Origin: Patescibacteria group bacterium
GTDB taxonomy: Bacteria > Patescibacteriota > Patescibacteriia > JACRDY01
Length of the DNA: 64,000 nt
Reading direction: 5' to 3'
Assembly (NCBI GenBank): GCA_041653535.1
Contig: JBAZFH010000002.1
Location: 257,235-321,234, forward strand
Below the pieces are notes generated by a model. It was not told the origin of the DNA and did no database searches. It saw nothing but the letters and a program-made list of their open reading frames with translations. The position numbers and the translations under genes were made by a program. Positions 46,938 through 56,493 of this stretch are shown in pieces. Position 1 is the first letter of the stretch, and every line of letters starts with the position of its first letter.

Positions 46938-47447
46938 TTACATTTGCAACGCTTCGTCTTTGCTAAGCACTTTTCCAAACTGGACGATGTTCCAATTGTA
47001 AAATGTGTTGGCAAATAAAGCCTTGGCGTAATCAGCCGCATGTTGCGCTGAAGTAAAACTTAGCGGTTCATCGCGGCGCGGACCTAGCGGCATTTGTTCG
47101 TCAGATATTACTTGCCAGTTGTTTGCTTTTTTGGCGGACAAGATTCCTAGATTTTGCAAAAAAATCAAAACCTCTTCTTTTTTTTCCGACCATTTAATGT
47201 CGTCAAGTTTTTTCCAGTCGATAGTCATTTTGGTCGGTTGGTTTTCGGCGGGATGGGAAAAAACGATTACTTGTTCGGCAAAAATACTTTCCTGGAATTT
47301 TTTAATCCAGATTGTTTTTTCGCATTCCAAGCAGACCAAATTCCAGATAGTCGTGACTATCTTGACGGGAAAACCCTGGTAGTGAAATTCCAGTGTCTTG
47401 GATTCGTTTTCCGGTATTTCGCTCTTACAGATATGACACAATTTCAT
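46938..47447 (-). CDS. hypothetical protein with an N-terminal zinc-ribbon-like CxxC pair
   Basis: CHIC...CLEC; SD AAGGAG. Confidence 0.6.
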   Translation of the reverse strand: MKLCHICKSEIPENESKTLEFHYQGFPVKIVTTIWNLVCLECEKTIWIKKFQESIFAEQVIVFSHPAENQPTKMTIDWKKLDDIKWSEKKEEVLIFLQNLGILSAKKANNWQVISDEQMPLGPRRDEPLSFTSAQHAADYAKALFANTFYNWNIVQFGKVLSKDEALQM

Positions 47448-47558
47448 TAAATTCTCCTTCCATGTTTAAAAGTGCTAGTTACTATTATCTTATATTGGTA
47501 ATAAGATAGCGTCAAGCGTTTTCTTTTTTTGCCAAATTTGTTATAATCTAGCTAACTT

Positions 47559-48332
47559 ATGGCAAGAATTATCTCGATAGTTAATCAAAAAGGTGGTGTA
47601 GGAAAAACCACAACCGCGGTGAATTTGGCGGCTTATTTGGCTAAGTACGGTAAAAATGTTTTGCTGGTAGACACTGATCCGCAAGCCAATGCTACTTCGG
47701 GGTTGGGTATTGACCATCAAAATTTAGATAAAGGCATTTACGAAGTGATTACTGGTCAGCATTCTCTGCGTCATGTGATAGTGCCAACAGCGCACGAAGG
47801 ATTGAGAGTTGCGCCTGCTACCATGTCTTTAGCCGGTGCTAGCGTTGAGCTGGTTAATGAAGTTGAACGAGAGTTTAAACTAGCCAAAGTTTTAATGGAG
47901 GCTCATGGTGGTTATGATTATGTTTTAATCGATTGTCCTCCTTCATTGGGGCTTATTACTATTAACAGTTTGACTGCCGCTGACGAAATATTAATACCAA
48001 TACAAGCAGAGTATTATGCCCTTGAAGGTTTGGGGCAGCTTTTAAACACGATTAATCTGGTGAAGGAAAATCTCAAACCGGATTTGAAAATACTCGGAGC
48101 GGTGTTAACTATGTATGATCGTCGCGTGTCTCTCTCTAATGAAGTAATGGAGCAGTTGTATCGTTATTTTCCTGCCAAAATATTTCGTTCAGTAATTCCG
48201 CGGGCGGTAAATCTAGCCGAGGCGCCGTCGCACGGTAAATCAATATTAGCCTATAGTCCGTTTTCTAAGGCAGCGCGAGCTTATGAACGGTTGGCTCAAG
48301 AAGTAATGGCTACGGAAAATCAAAATTTATAA
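47559..48332 (+). CDS. parA: chromosome partitioning ATPase ParA/Soj
   Basis: KGGVGKTT, DPQANAT, DCPPSLG, EYYALEG, EAPS.G. Confidence 0.95.
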   Translation: MARIISIVNQKGGVGKTTTAVNLAAYLAKYGKNVLLVDTDPQANATSGLGIDHQNLDKGIYEVITGQHSLRHVIVPTAHEGLRVAPATMSLAGASVELVNEVEREFKLAKVLMEAHGGYDYVLIDCPPSLGLITINSLTAADEILIPIQAEYYALEGLGQLLNTINLVKENLKPDLKILGAVLTMYDRRVSLSNEVMEQLYRYFPAKIFRSVIPRAVNLAEAPSHGKSILAYSPFSKAARAYERLAQEVMATENQNL

Positions 48333-48333
48333 T

Positions 48334-48924
48334 ATGAAAAACGTCGAACAAGTTGTAGATTTTTTATTCGAGGTCGGGATTTTATCCAAAACTCCTCGTA
48401 GCGGATTTCACTTTTTAGGTAGCGGACAGCAAAGTGTTTCCGAGCACATCACTCGAGTGATGTTTATTGGTTATGTTTTAGCATCGCTGCAGGAAGATGT
48501 GAATACTGGTAATGTTCTGAAGATGTGTTTATTTCACGATTTACCAGAAGCACGAACGTCGGATCTCAACTATGTTCATCAGAAATACGCCAGAGCAGAT
48601 GAAGAGAAGGCTTTTACTGATCTGACTAGCACTTTACCTTTTGGTGATGATATGGAAAAAATAAAAAAAGAATACGAAGCGCGCGAAAGCTTGGAAGCAA
48701 AATTAGCTAAAGACGCCGATAATATAGAATGGATTTTGTCGCTCAAAGAAGAGCTTGATACTGGTAACACTCGCGCCAGCGGTTGGATTGCTTCGGCAGT
48801 CAAAAGACTGAAAACCGAAAACGCCAAAAAACTTGCTGAAAAAATAGTAGCAACTAATTCCGATCACTGGTGGTTTGCTGATCAAAATGACGAGTGGTGG
48901 GTGTCCAGAAACAAAGAAAAATAA
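48334..48924 (+). CDS. HD-domain phosphohydrolase (YfbR-like)
   Basis: PRSG, SVSEH, HDLPEAR.SD, KDAD. Confidence 0.85.
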   Translation: MKNVEQVVDFLFEVGILSKTPRSGFHFLGSGQQSVSEHITRVMFIGYVLASLQEDVNTGNVLKMCLFHDLPEARTSDLNYVHQKYARADEEKAFTDLTSTLPFGDDMEKIKKEYEARESLEAKLAKDADNIEWILSLKEELDTGNTRASGWIASAVKRLKTENAKKLAEKIVATNSDHWWFADQNDEWWVSRNKEK

Positions 48925-48964
48925 AAAACGGCTTAAATAAAAAAAATATAATCACATAACTCGT

Positions 48965-49849
48965 ATGACACTTGGTCGAGGACTGGATTCCTTAATACCC
49001 AAAAAAGTAATTGCTACGCCCACGGCGCCGCTACCAGACAAACCGGACGAAACCATCGGTGGTGAGCGGATTTTGCAGATACCGATAGAAAAAATAGCAG
49101 TCAATCCACACCAGCCACGCAAAGAGTTTGGCCACGGCGCGCTTGAAGATTTGATTAACTCCGTTAAAGAACATGGTATTTTGCAGCCGTTAATAGTGAC
49201 GAAACAAAATGACGGTTATGAATTAATCGCTGGTGAGCGTCGTTTTCGTGCTGCCAAAACATTGGAGTTCAAAACCGTTCCGGCTATAGTACGTCAGGCA
49301 AGTGAGGCGGAGAAATTAGAAATTGCTATTATTGAAAACATTCAGCGTAAAGACCTCAATCTACTTGAAGAAGCAGCTGGTTACCAGCGTTTGATTGATG
49401 AATTTTCTTTAACCCAGGAAGACGTGGCTAAAAAGGTCGGTAAATCTCGCGCAGTAGTTGCCAATACTTTACGTTTGTTGGATTTGCCAGAAGCAGTGCA
49501 ACTGGCTATCAGTGACGGTAAAATATCGGCTAGCCACGCAAGAGTACTTGCCGGTGTTGATGACAAACATGAGCAAGAAAATCTTTTCAAAAAAATAATC
49601 AGTGACGAACTAAATGTTCGCGAGGCCGAGCATGAAGCGCAAAGGGTTTCACCTCCGACCAAAAAATCGGCCAGGTCGATTACTCTGCCCGACGCCAGTG
49701 TCTTGGCGCAAGAAGAGGAGTTGCGTAAAAGACTCGGGACTAAAGTGAAGATAGAGAAAAAAGACGGTAAGGGGAAAATAATTGTTGAGTTTTTCTCGGA
49801 AGAAGAGCTAAATGATTTAATAGATAAAATGGGGCGGTTTGTCGTTTAG
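48965..49849 (+). CDS. parB: chromosome partitioning protein ParB/Spo0J
   Basis: LGRGLDSLI, NPHQPR, GERRFRA, ENIQR.DL, HTH. Confidence 0.95.
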   Translation: MTLGRGLDSLIPKKVIATPTAPLPDKPDETIGGERILQIPIEKIAVNPHQPRKEFGHGALEDLINSVKEHGILQPLIVTKQNDGYELIAGERRFRAAKTLEFKTVPAIVRQASEAEKLEIAIIENIQRKDLNLLEEAAGYQRLIDEFSLTQEDVAKKVGKSRAVVANTLRLLDLPEAVQLAISDGKISASHARVLAGVDDKHEQENLFKKIISDELNVREAEHEAQRVSPPTKKSARSITLPDASVLAQEEELRKRLGTKVKIEKKDGKGKIIVEFFSEEELNDLIDKMGRFVV

Positions 49850-49858
49850 AAAAGAAAT

Positions 49859-50383
49859 ATGAAATTTATTATTGGTCTTGGTAACCCTGGTAGGGAATAC
49901 GCCAAGACGCGACACAATTTTGGTTGGTTGGTGCTGGACGCGCTAGCTGGCGCTAGCAAATGGCAAGAAAAAATCACCGCCAAAGTTTTTATTTTAGAAA
50001 AGGAACTGAGCGGTAAAGACATGGTACTAGCAAAACCGACAACTTTTATGAATCGTTCTGGCGTGGTATTAAATTATATCAAGAAGAAATATCCAAAGTT
50101 TAAAAAATCAGATTTGGTGGTGGTCCATGATGATAAAGATTTAGACTTTGGTCGAATAAAGGTTTCGCACGATTCAAGCTCTGCTGGGCACAACGGCGTT
50201 CAGTCGATTATTGACGCGCTCGGCAGTAAAGATTTTACCCGTATTCGTTTGGGTGTAAAAAATGATTTGCTAACAAAAATGCCGACGGATAAATTTGTTA
50301 TCGGTAGATTTACAGCCGAAGAAAGTAAAAAACTCGACGGTATTATCAAAGAGGCGACTGAAGCCCTGGAAAAAGAAATTTAG
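49859..50383 (+). CDS. pth: peptidyl-tRNA hydrolase
   Basis: GLGNPG..Y..TRHN.G, KPTTFMN.SG, HDD, GHNG. Confidence 0.95.
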   Translation: MKFIIGLGNPGREYAKTRHNFGWLVLDALAGASKWQEKITAKVFILEKELSGKDMVLAKPTTFMNRSGVVLNYIKKKYPKFKKSDLVVVHDDKDLDFGRIKVSHDSSSAGHNGVQSIIDALGSKDFTRIRLGVKNDLLTKMPTDKFVIGRFTAEESKKLDGIIKEATEALEKEI

Positions 50384-50704
50384 TCAAAAATTTTTTGGAC
50401 AAAAACAAAACCCCCGAAAAAAATCAGGGGTTTTGTTTTATTTGGGTTAAACGAACAAGACGTATTTTATACGCCTGCTAGCCGGCGCAAGATCGGGTCA
50501 GAAAAATCCGACCAACCTTGACTTGCCGATTACTATCCGAAAATAGGAGGGTATTCTCGAATTTCATCGCCGGCAAGACGACGTACAAAATTTTAAAATA
50601 AAAAGTTTAGAATTATTTAATATTTAATGTAATAGAATATATTAGCATAATAGAAAATAATTGTCAATATTAGTTGTTTTAAAATATTTAAATTTAGATA
50701 AAAT

Positions 50705-51799
50705 ATGGATGATGATTGCAAAAAATATTTAGTCGGAATATCTTTAGTTGAGGCAGTCGGCGCTGTGCGATTTAAAAAAATAATAAATCATTTTAGTAAT
50801 CCCAAAGATTTTTTTAATGCAACAAGAGCCGAGTTGCTCGCCGCTGGCATTCCGGTTTGGGTGGTTGACGTGATTTTAAGGCAAAGGACGATAGTGGATG
50901 TCGAAAAAGCCTGGGATTTGCTCCAGCAAGAAGGGATTGAGGTATTAACTTTTTGGGATCAAAATTATCCCGATTTGTTAAAACAAATATATGACTGGCC
51001 GCCGATTTTATACTTTCGCGGATCGCCAGAGATACTGCGTGGCAAGATGTTGGCGGTAGTCGGAACGCGTCGACCAACTGAATATGGAATACGGGCAACG
51101 CAGGATATTGTTAGTGGGTTGGTTGCCGGCGGTGTAAGTATTGTTTCAGGTTTAGCGCGCGGTATTGATAGCACGGCGCACAAAACAGTTATTGGTTTGG
51201 ACGGTAAAACAGTGGCGGTGCTAGGGACGGGGTTGGATTGGCGATCTATTTATCCCGCCGAAAACAAAAGATTGGTGGAGGAGATAATCTATTGCGGCGG
51301 GATAGTGATTTCTGAATTTCCCTGCGGTACGCCGCCGAATCGGCAAAATTTTCCCAGACGCAATCGTTTAATTTCCGGATTGTCTCAAGGGGTTTTGGTT
51401 GTTGAGGCAGGACAGGGCAGTGGCGCGCTGATCACCGCGCGCTGCGCTCTAGACCAAAACCGTGATGTTTACGCTGTACCCGGTAATATTTATAACGTTA
51501 ATTCTTTTGGACCGAACGAATTAATTTGCCAAGGCGCCAAGCCAGTCAGTAGCGCTAACGATATTTTGGAAGCGCTAGATTTGAGTTTAATCAAAGAAAC
51601 GACTAGAATAAAGGAGGCTGTCGCGTCCAGCAAAGAAGAAAAGACACTTTTACAATTCGTTTCCTCAGAGCCAGTTCATATTGATAATTTGATTCGGCAA
51701 AGCGAATTATCAAGCGAGGTGGTTAATTCTGTTTTATTAGTAATGGAACTCGCGGGAAAGGTTAAAGATGTTGGTGGCAAAAGATACGTTATTAATTAG
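50705..51799 (+). CDS. dprA: DNA processing protein DprA
   Basis: AVVGTR, VSGLARGID..AH, FPRRNRLISGLS, SGALITA. Confidence 0.95.
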   Translation: MDDDCKKYLVGISLVEAVGAVRFKKIINHFSNPKDFFNATRAELLAAGIPVWVVDVILRQRTIVDVEKAWDLLQQEGIEVLTFWDQNYPDLLKQIYDWPPILYFRGSPEILRGKMLAVVGTRRPTEYGIRATQDIVSGLVAGGVSIVSGLARGIDSTAHKTVIGLDGKTVAVLGTGLDWRSIYPAENKRLVEEIIYCGGIVISEFPCGTPPNRQNFPRRNRLISGLSQGVLVVEAGQGSGALITARCALDQNRDVYAVPGNIYNVNSFGPNELICQGAKPVSSANDILEALDLSLIKETTRIKEAVASSKEEKTLLQFVSSEPVHIDNLIRQSELSSEVVNSVLLVMELAGKVKDVGGKRYVIN

Positions 51800-51822
51800 T
51801 AATTATTAATTTTTTAAAAATA

Positions 51823-52932
51823 ATGTCAAGCGATAGTAAAAAAATATGGCAGAGATATTTGTGGCTAGCTTTCTGGTTATTACCGGTTTTGGCAGTGTTT
51901 GCCGATTTGTTTTTTGTTGGTTATTTTTTTGCTAAAAAGGCGGAGACAAGACAGTATGCTTTAGTCAATCAAGCCGTGAAAAGAGTCGAACCTTTAGTTG
52001 GTGATTTAAAGACAACAACCATGATTGCTGTCGGCGACATCATGCTTTCCCGTCATGTCAGTAATAAAATGTTTGCCGTCAAAGACTTTGTTTTGCCTTT
52101 TTCTCGGACTTGGGAAGTGTTGTCTGGTGCCGATATAACGATCGGCAATCTCGAGTCGCCGTTTTATAACCGTGGTGATAAGATTTCTTCCGGTATGGTT
52201 TTTAAAGCTGAGCCCGAAGCTATCGCTGGATTAAATAAGTCTGGCTTTGACGTTTTGTCTATTGCCAATAATCATATAACAAATCAAGGCGAACAAGGAT
52301 TGAACTATACCGTTGACTATCTTTTTCAGAGTAATATTTTTCCGGTTGGCGCTGGAGCCGATTTTACTGCGGCGCATTGGGCGGCAGTAGCAGAGCGTAA
52401 CGGTTTGAAATTTGGTTTTTTGGCTTACTCTTATGCTGATTACCACGACACCCTAGGCAGTAAGTACGTTGTTGCCGGGTTAAATATCAATCAGGCAAAA
52501 AAAGACATCGCCGCGTTGCGACCGAAAGTTGATGTCATGGTTGTGCAAATGCATGCAGGGGAGGAATATACCGTCAAACCAACCAAAACACAGATTGATT
52601 TTGCTCGAGCGGCAATTGATGCTGGAGCTGATTTGGTGATTGGTCACCACCCGCATTGGGCAGGGACGGTGGAAAGCTATAAAGGCAAATGGATATTTTA
52701 TTCACTGGGCAATTTTGTCTTCGATCAGGAATGGAGCAAGGAAACAAAAGAGGGTTTGATTTTACAAGCGACTTGGAAAAATAAAGATCTTCAAGAGTTA
52801 AGATTAATCCCGGTTATAATTGAAAATTATTCTACGCCCAGAGTCGTTGACGAAGTGGAAGGTAAAAGTATTTTTGATCGAATCGGGGTAACTAATTCGG
52901 TTGTTTTTTCTACTCAAGATTTGACAGAATGA
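51823..52932 (+). CDS. CapA-family metallophosphoesterase
   Basis: GDIM, GNLES, ANNH, H.G.EY, GHHPH, YSLGNFVFDQ. Confidence 0.9.
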   Translation: MSSDSKKIWQRYLWLAFWLLPVLAVFADLFFVGYFFAKKAETRQYALVNQAVKRVEPLVGDLKTTTMIAVGDIMLSRHVSNKMFAVKDFVLPFSRTWEVLSGADITIGNLESPFYNRGDKISSGMVFKAEPEAIAGLNKSGFDVLSIANNHITNQGEQGLNYTVDYLFQSNIFPVGAGADFTAAHWAAVAERNGLKFGFLAYSYADYHDTLGSKYVVAGLNINQAKKDIAALRPKVDVMVVQMHAGEEYTVKPTKTQIDFARAAIDAGADLVIGHHPHWAGTVESYKGKWIFYSLGNFVFDQEWSKETKEGLILQATWKNKDLQELRLIPVIIENYSTPRVVDEVEGKSIFDRIGVTNSVVFSTQDLTE

Positions 52933-52960
52933 AAAAACTTCTGTAATAATAGCTTCCAGT

Positions 52961-55111
52961 ATGAAATTAGTTATTGTAGAATCGCCAACTAAAGCTAAAA
53001 CAATTTCCCGTTTTTTGGGAAAAGACTATAAGGTGGACTCTTCTTATGGTCATGTTCGTGATTTGCCAAAAAGTAAATTAGGCGTTGATATTGAGCACGA
53101 TTTTGCGCCGCAGTACGTGATTTTTCGGAAAAATCAGAAAAGACTGACCGCGCTCAAAAAACTGGCGGCTAAAGCAAAAGAAGTTTACTATGCAACTGAC
53201 GAAGACCGTGAAGGAGAAGCAATCGCTTGGCATTTATCTCAGATTTTTGATATACCAAAAGAAAATGAAAGGCGCATTGCTTTTCACGAGATTACTAAAG
53301 GTGCCGTGGAAGACGCTATCGAACATCCACGAGATATTGATTTGAATCTAGTTGACGCTCAACAAGCGCGTCGAGTTTTGGATAGGCTGGTTGGTTATAA
53401 ACTTTCACCGTTTCTTTGGAAAAAGGTTGCCAGAGGATTGTCTGCTGGTCGCGTACAGTCGGTTGCGGTTCGCTTGATTGTTGAACGCGAGCGGGAAATA
53501 GAGAAGTTTAATAAAGAAGAGTATTGGACGGTGGAAGCAGATTTTCAAAAAAAAGAAGACGGCAGTCTTCATGCTAAACTTCATCGGGTAGACGGAAAAA
53601 TTTTAGATAAATTGGGAATAAAAACCGACAAACAAGCCGGTGAAATTTTAGATCAGCTAAAGAATGCTAAATACGAGGTGGTAAAGGTAGAAAAGAAACG
53701 GTCGACCAGACAACCATTGCCGCCATTTACTACTTCAACACTGCAACAAGAGGCTAACCGTCGTCTGGGATATTCGGCTAAACAAATCATGATGCTTGCT
53801 CAGCAGCTCTATGAAGGTATTGACGTCAAAGGTGAAGGACATTCCGGATTGATTACTTATATGCGTACCGATTCTGTCAATCTGTCAGAGAAGTTTTTGG
53901 GTGAAGCCGAGGATTATATCAAAGAAAGTATAGGTAAGGAATATGTGAGCGGTCCACGACATTTTAAAACCAAGAGTAAAGGCGCCCAAGAAGCTCACGA
54001 AGCTATTCGTCCGAGCGAGGTTTCCCGTACCCCTGATAGTGTCAAGGATCATCTGACAGCGCAGCAGTTTAAATTGTATGATTTGATTTGGCGTCGCGCG
54101 GTTGCTTCGCAGATGACCGAAGCGGCGATAGACAGCACTGTCGTCGATATTGCCAATGATGATAAAAAATACACTTTCCGCGCTACCGGTCAGGTGATTA
54201 GGTTTGTCGGCTGGCTCGCCGTTTATCCCAATAAAAGCGAGGATGTTATTTTGCCGGACTTAGTGCAGGGCGGAAATGTCGATTTGTTAAAACTTGAACC
54301 GCTCCAACATTTTACCCAGCCGCCGGCGCGGTATAGCGATGCAACGTTGGTCCGAGCTCTTGAAGATCGCGGTATCGGTCGACCATCAACTTATGCGCCG
54401 ACTATCGCCACTATTATTGATCGTGGCTATGTGATACGTGAAGAAAAAAAACTTCAACCAACCGAAATAGCTTTTTTAGTCAACGACTTGTTAGTTGAAC
54501 ATTTCCCTAAAATTGTCGATTATGATTTTACCGCCAAAATGGAAAGTGACCTGGACGAAGTAGCTGAGGGTAGCTTGAAATGGCAACCGGTGATCGCTGA
54601 ATTTTACGGTCCGTTTACCGATAACCTAGAAAAAAAATACGAACAGTTGGATAAAAAGGATATTATAAAAGAAGAAACCGATGAGATATGTGAAAAGTGT
54701 GGCAAGCCTATGGCTGTCAAATTTGGTCGTTTTGGTAAATTTCTTGCTTGTACCGGTTTTCCAGAGTGTAAAAACACCAAGCAAATAAATGGTAAAGGTG
54801 AAATTTTGGAAGAAGAAAAGATCGACGAAGCTTGTCCTAATTGCGGCAAGCCAATGGTTTATAAGCAAGGGCGTTTCGGTCGGTTTATCGCTTGTTCGGA
54901 TTATCCTGCCTGCAAGACTACTAAAAAGGTGCTCAAAACTATTGGCGTGAAATGTCCGGAATGCAAAGAGGGTGAGGTGGTAATCCGTCGGGGTAGGGGC
55001 AGGGTATTTTATGGCTGTTCACGTTATCCCGAATGCAAGTTTGCCTCGAGTAAAAAACCAGGTGAAGAGGCTGTTGAAGAGGAAAATAAGAAAGATATTA
55101 GGGAATCATAA
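52961..55111 (+). CDS. topA: DNA topoisomerase I
   Basis: IVESPTKAKTI, D.DREGE, SAGRVQS, ITYMRTDS, three C-terminal zinc ribbons. Confidence 0.97.
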   Translation: MKLVIVESPTKAKTISRFLGKDYKVDSSYGHVRDLPKSKLGVDIEHDFAPQYVIFRKNQKRLTALKKLAAKAKEVYYATDEDREGEAIAWHLSQIFDIPKENERRIAFHEITKGAVEDAIEHPRDIDLNLVDAQQARRVLDRLVGYKLSPFLWKKVARGLSAGRVQSVAVRLIVEREREIEKFNKEEYWTVEADFQKKEDGSLHAKLHRVDGKILDKLGIKTDKQAGEILDQLKNAKYEVVKVEKKRSTRQPLPPFTTSTLQQEANRRLGYSAKQIMMLAQQLYEGIDVKGEGHSGLITYMRTDSVNLSEKFLGEAEDYIKESIGKEYVSGPRHFKTKSKGAQEAHEAIRPSEVSRTPDSVKDHLTAQQFKLYDLIWRRAVASQMTEAAIDSTVVDIANDDKKYTFRATGQVIRFVGWLAVYPNKSEDVILPDLVQGGNVDLLKLEPLQHFTQPPARYSDATLVRALEDRGIGRPSTYAPTIATIIDRGYVIREEKKLQPTEIAFLVNDLLVEHFPKIVDYDFTAKMESDLDEVAEGSLKWQPVIAEFYGPFTDNLEKKYEQLDKKDIIKEETDEICEKCGKPMAVKFGRFGKFLACTGFPECKNTKQINGKGEILEEEKIDEACPNCGKPMVYKQGRFGRFIACSDYPACKTTKKVLKTIGVKCPECKEGEVVIRRGRGRVFYGCSRYPECKFASSKKPGEEAVEEENKKDIRES

Positions 55112-55284
55112 ATAAAGGAATAAAGCCAATCTATATTTTAAAAAGACTCAAATTTATCTGAGTCTTTTTAAAATATAAAAGTAAAAAACGGGACATGGGG
55201 AAAGTGGGTATTGACAAGGGTAATATTTAATGGTAATGTTTAAAATTAGCAAATTAACAATAAAAATCTCGAGGAGGTTTAGCT

Positions 55285-56169
55285 ATGAAAAAGCGGCTTT
55301 TAGATATCCCCGGGTCTTTTCCGGATCTTTTGAAAAAAGCGGTTGCTGAAAGTTCGGGGATGGATGACGTCCGACTCAACTTGGAGGAAAACAGCAAGTT
55401 GCTATGTGCAACTATTGCTTTTGTTTTTTTGTTTGGCTGTGTCGCCATATCAGTATGGGGCGCTGTCGGCTTACTGGCTTCATCCGCCTCTCTTACCTTA
55501 TTTTTTCCTATCCAGAAGATTGCTCTTTTCCAGAAGAAGAAACGCTTCAAAAAAGAAGGAGTAAATCTTAAGCCTGGATTTAGTCGGGACGTCAAGGGCT
55601 ATCTTGATAGGCGGATTTCTGAATGGAAAGAAAATTTACTAGGGACGAAGTCTGACTATCAAGTGCTTTTCAATAGAGGCACTAAAGTTTATGAGGAGTT
55701 AAGGAGCGTTTACCATGAAGCTGCGCGGCAAAGAGACAATAATCCCGAGTTACGGGATCAGCTTCAAATCCGTGTAGAAAAGCTATACGAGGCGATCAAA
55801 AAAAACGACGAATCGCTTTTCATGCTCCAACGGTTTCGTCGGATCGCGGAGGCGTTGATCCAGGATTTAGAACGCAAGGCGAACGGCTATTATGAAAAAA
55901 TTAGTCCGTTCGACACCATGGTTCGCGCCGACGCTTTGCTTGAGGAGGCACAAAGCGTCAGAGATGAAAGCATGACGTTTTTGATCAAGGCTACGGGCGA
56001 TCTCCGTCGTCAAATTGATGACACGACGACCGAACTTGACTTTTTGTCGGCTGGCGCTTTTTCGGAAGTGGCGGCGCATTTTGTCTCTCGACCGGAAACT
56101 GATATTTTGGTCGACGTAGATATGATTGAAATGGCGACAAACCACCTCCGACGGGAAAAAGTTGCTTAA
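55285..56169 (+). CDS. hypothetical membrane protein with a coiled coil
   Basis: Two TMs followed by a helical region; SD GAGGAGG; own promoter and terminator. Confidence 0.7.
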   Translation: MKKRLLDIPGSFPDLLKKAVAESSGMDDVRLNLEENSKLLCATIAFVFLFGCVAISVWGAVGLLASSASLTLFFPIQKIALFQKKKRFKKEGVNLKPGFSRDVKGYLDRRISEWKENLLGTKSDYQVLFNRGTKVYEELRSVYHEAARQRDNNPELRDQLQIRVEKLYEAIKKNDESLFMLQRFRRIAEALIQDLERKANGYYEKISPFDTMVRADALLEEAQSVRDESMTFLIKATGDLRRQIDDTTTELDFLSAGAFSEVAAHFVSRPETDILVDVDMIEMATNHLRREKVA

Positions 56170-56253
56170 AATCGTTCACCCCCCCCACGCCAGCAGGCCG
56201 TGGGGGTTTTATTTTCACCTTTACATTTTTTTAAATTACGTTATACTGATTTT

Positions 56254-56326
56254 GCGGCTCTTGAGGAGATACCCTTATATTACTAAATAGTTTGGGGTTT
56301 AAATCTCTCTCGAGGCCGTTTTTTTT
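56254..56326 (+). ncRNA. candidate small hairpin RNA
   Basis: Promoter-like TTTACA..TATACT upstream; long stem GCGGCTCTTGAGGAGAT/ATCTCTCTCGAGGCCGT followed by a T run. Confidence 0.4.
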
Positions 56327-56493
56327 ATAAACAGAAAACTCCTCGGAATAAACCAGAGGAGCTGTCTGCGTTTGAGAGTCTTTTGGACCCTTATATTACT
56401 GTCGATATCTTACCACTTATGAAAAATTTGTCAAGAGTCGAAAATACCTCAAATTGCTTTTTTTTACAGGTTAGCTTATATTCAATGTAGATT

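Noticed and set aside
47450-49860. parS site or replication origin near parAB
   Set aside because: No TGTTTCACGTGAAACA-like palindrome or DnaA-box cluster was seen.
50400-50670. Possible minus-strand sRNA or 29-aa ORF between pth and dprA
   Set aside because: Promoter-like hexamers and some stems are present, but there is no SD, repeat or recognisable family to support a call.
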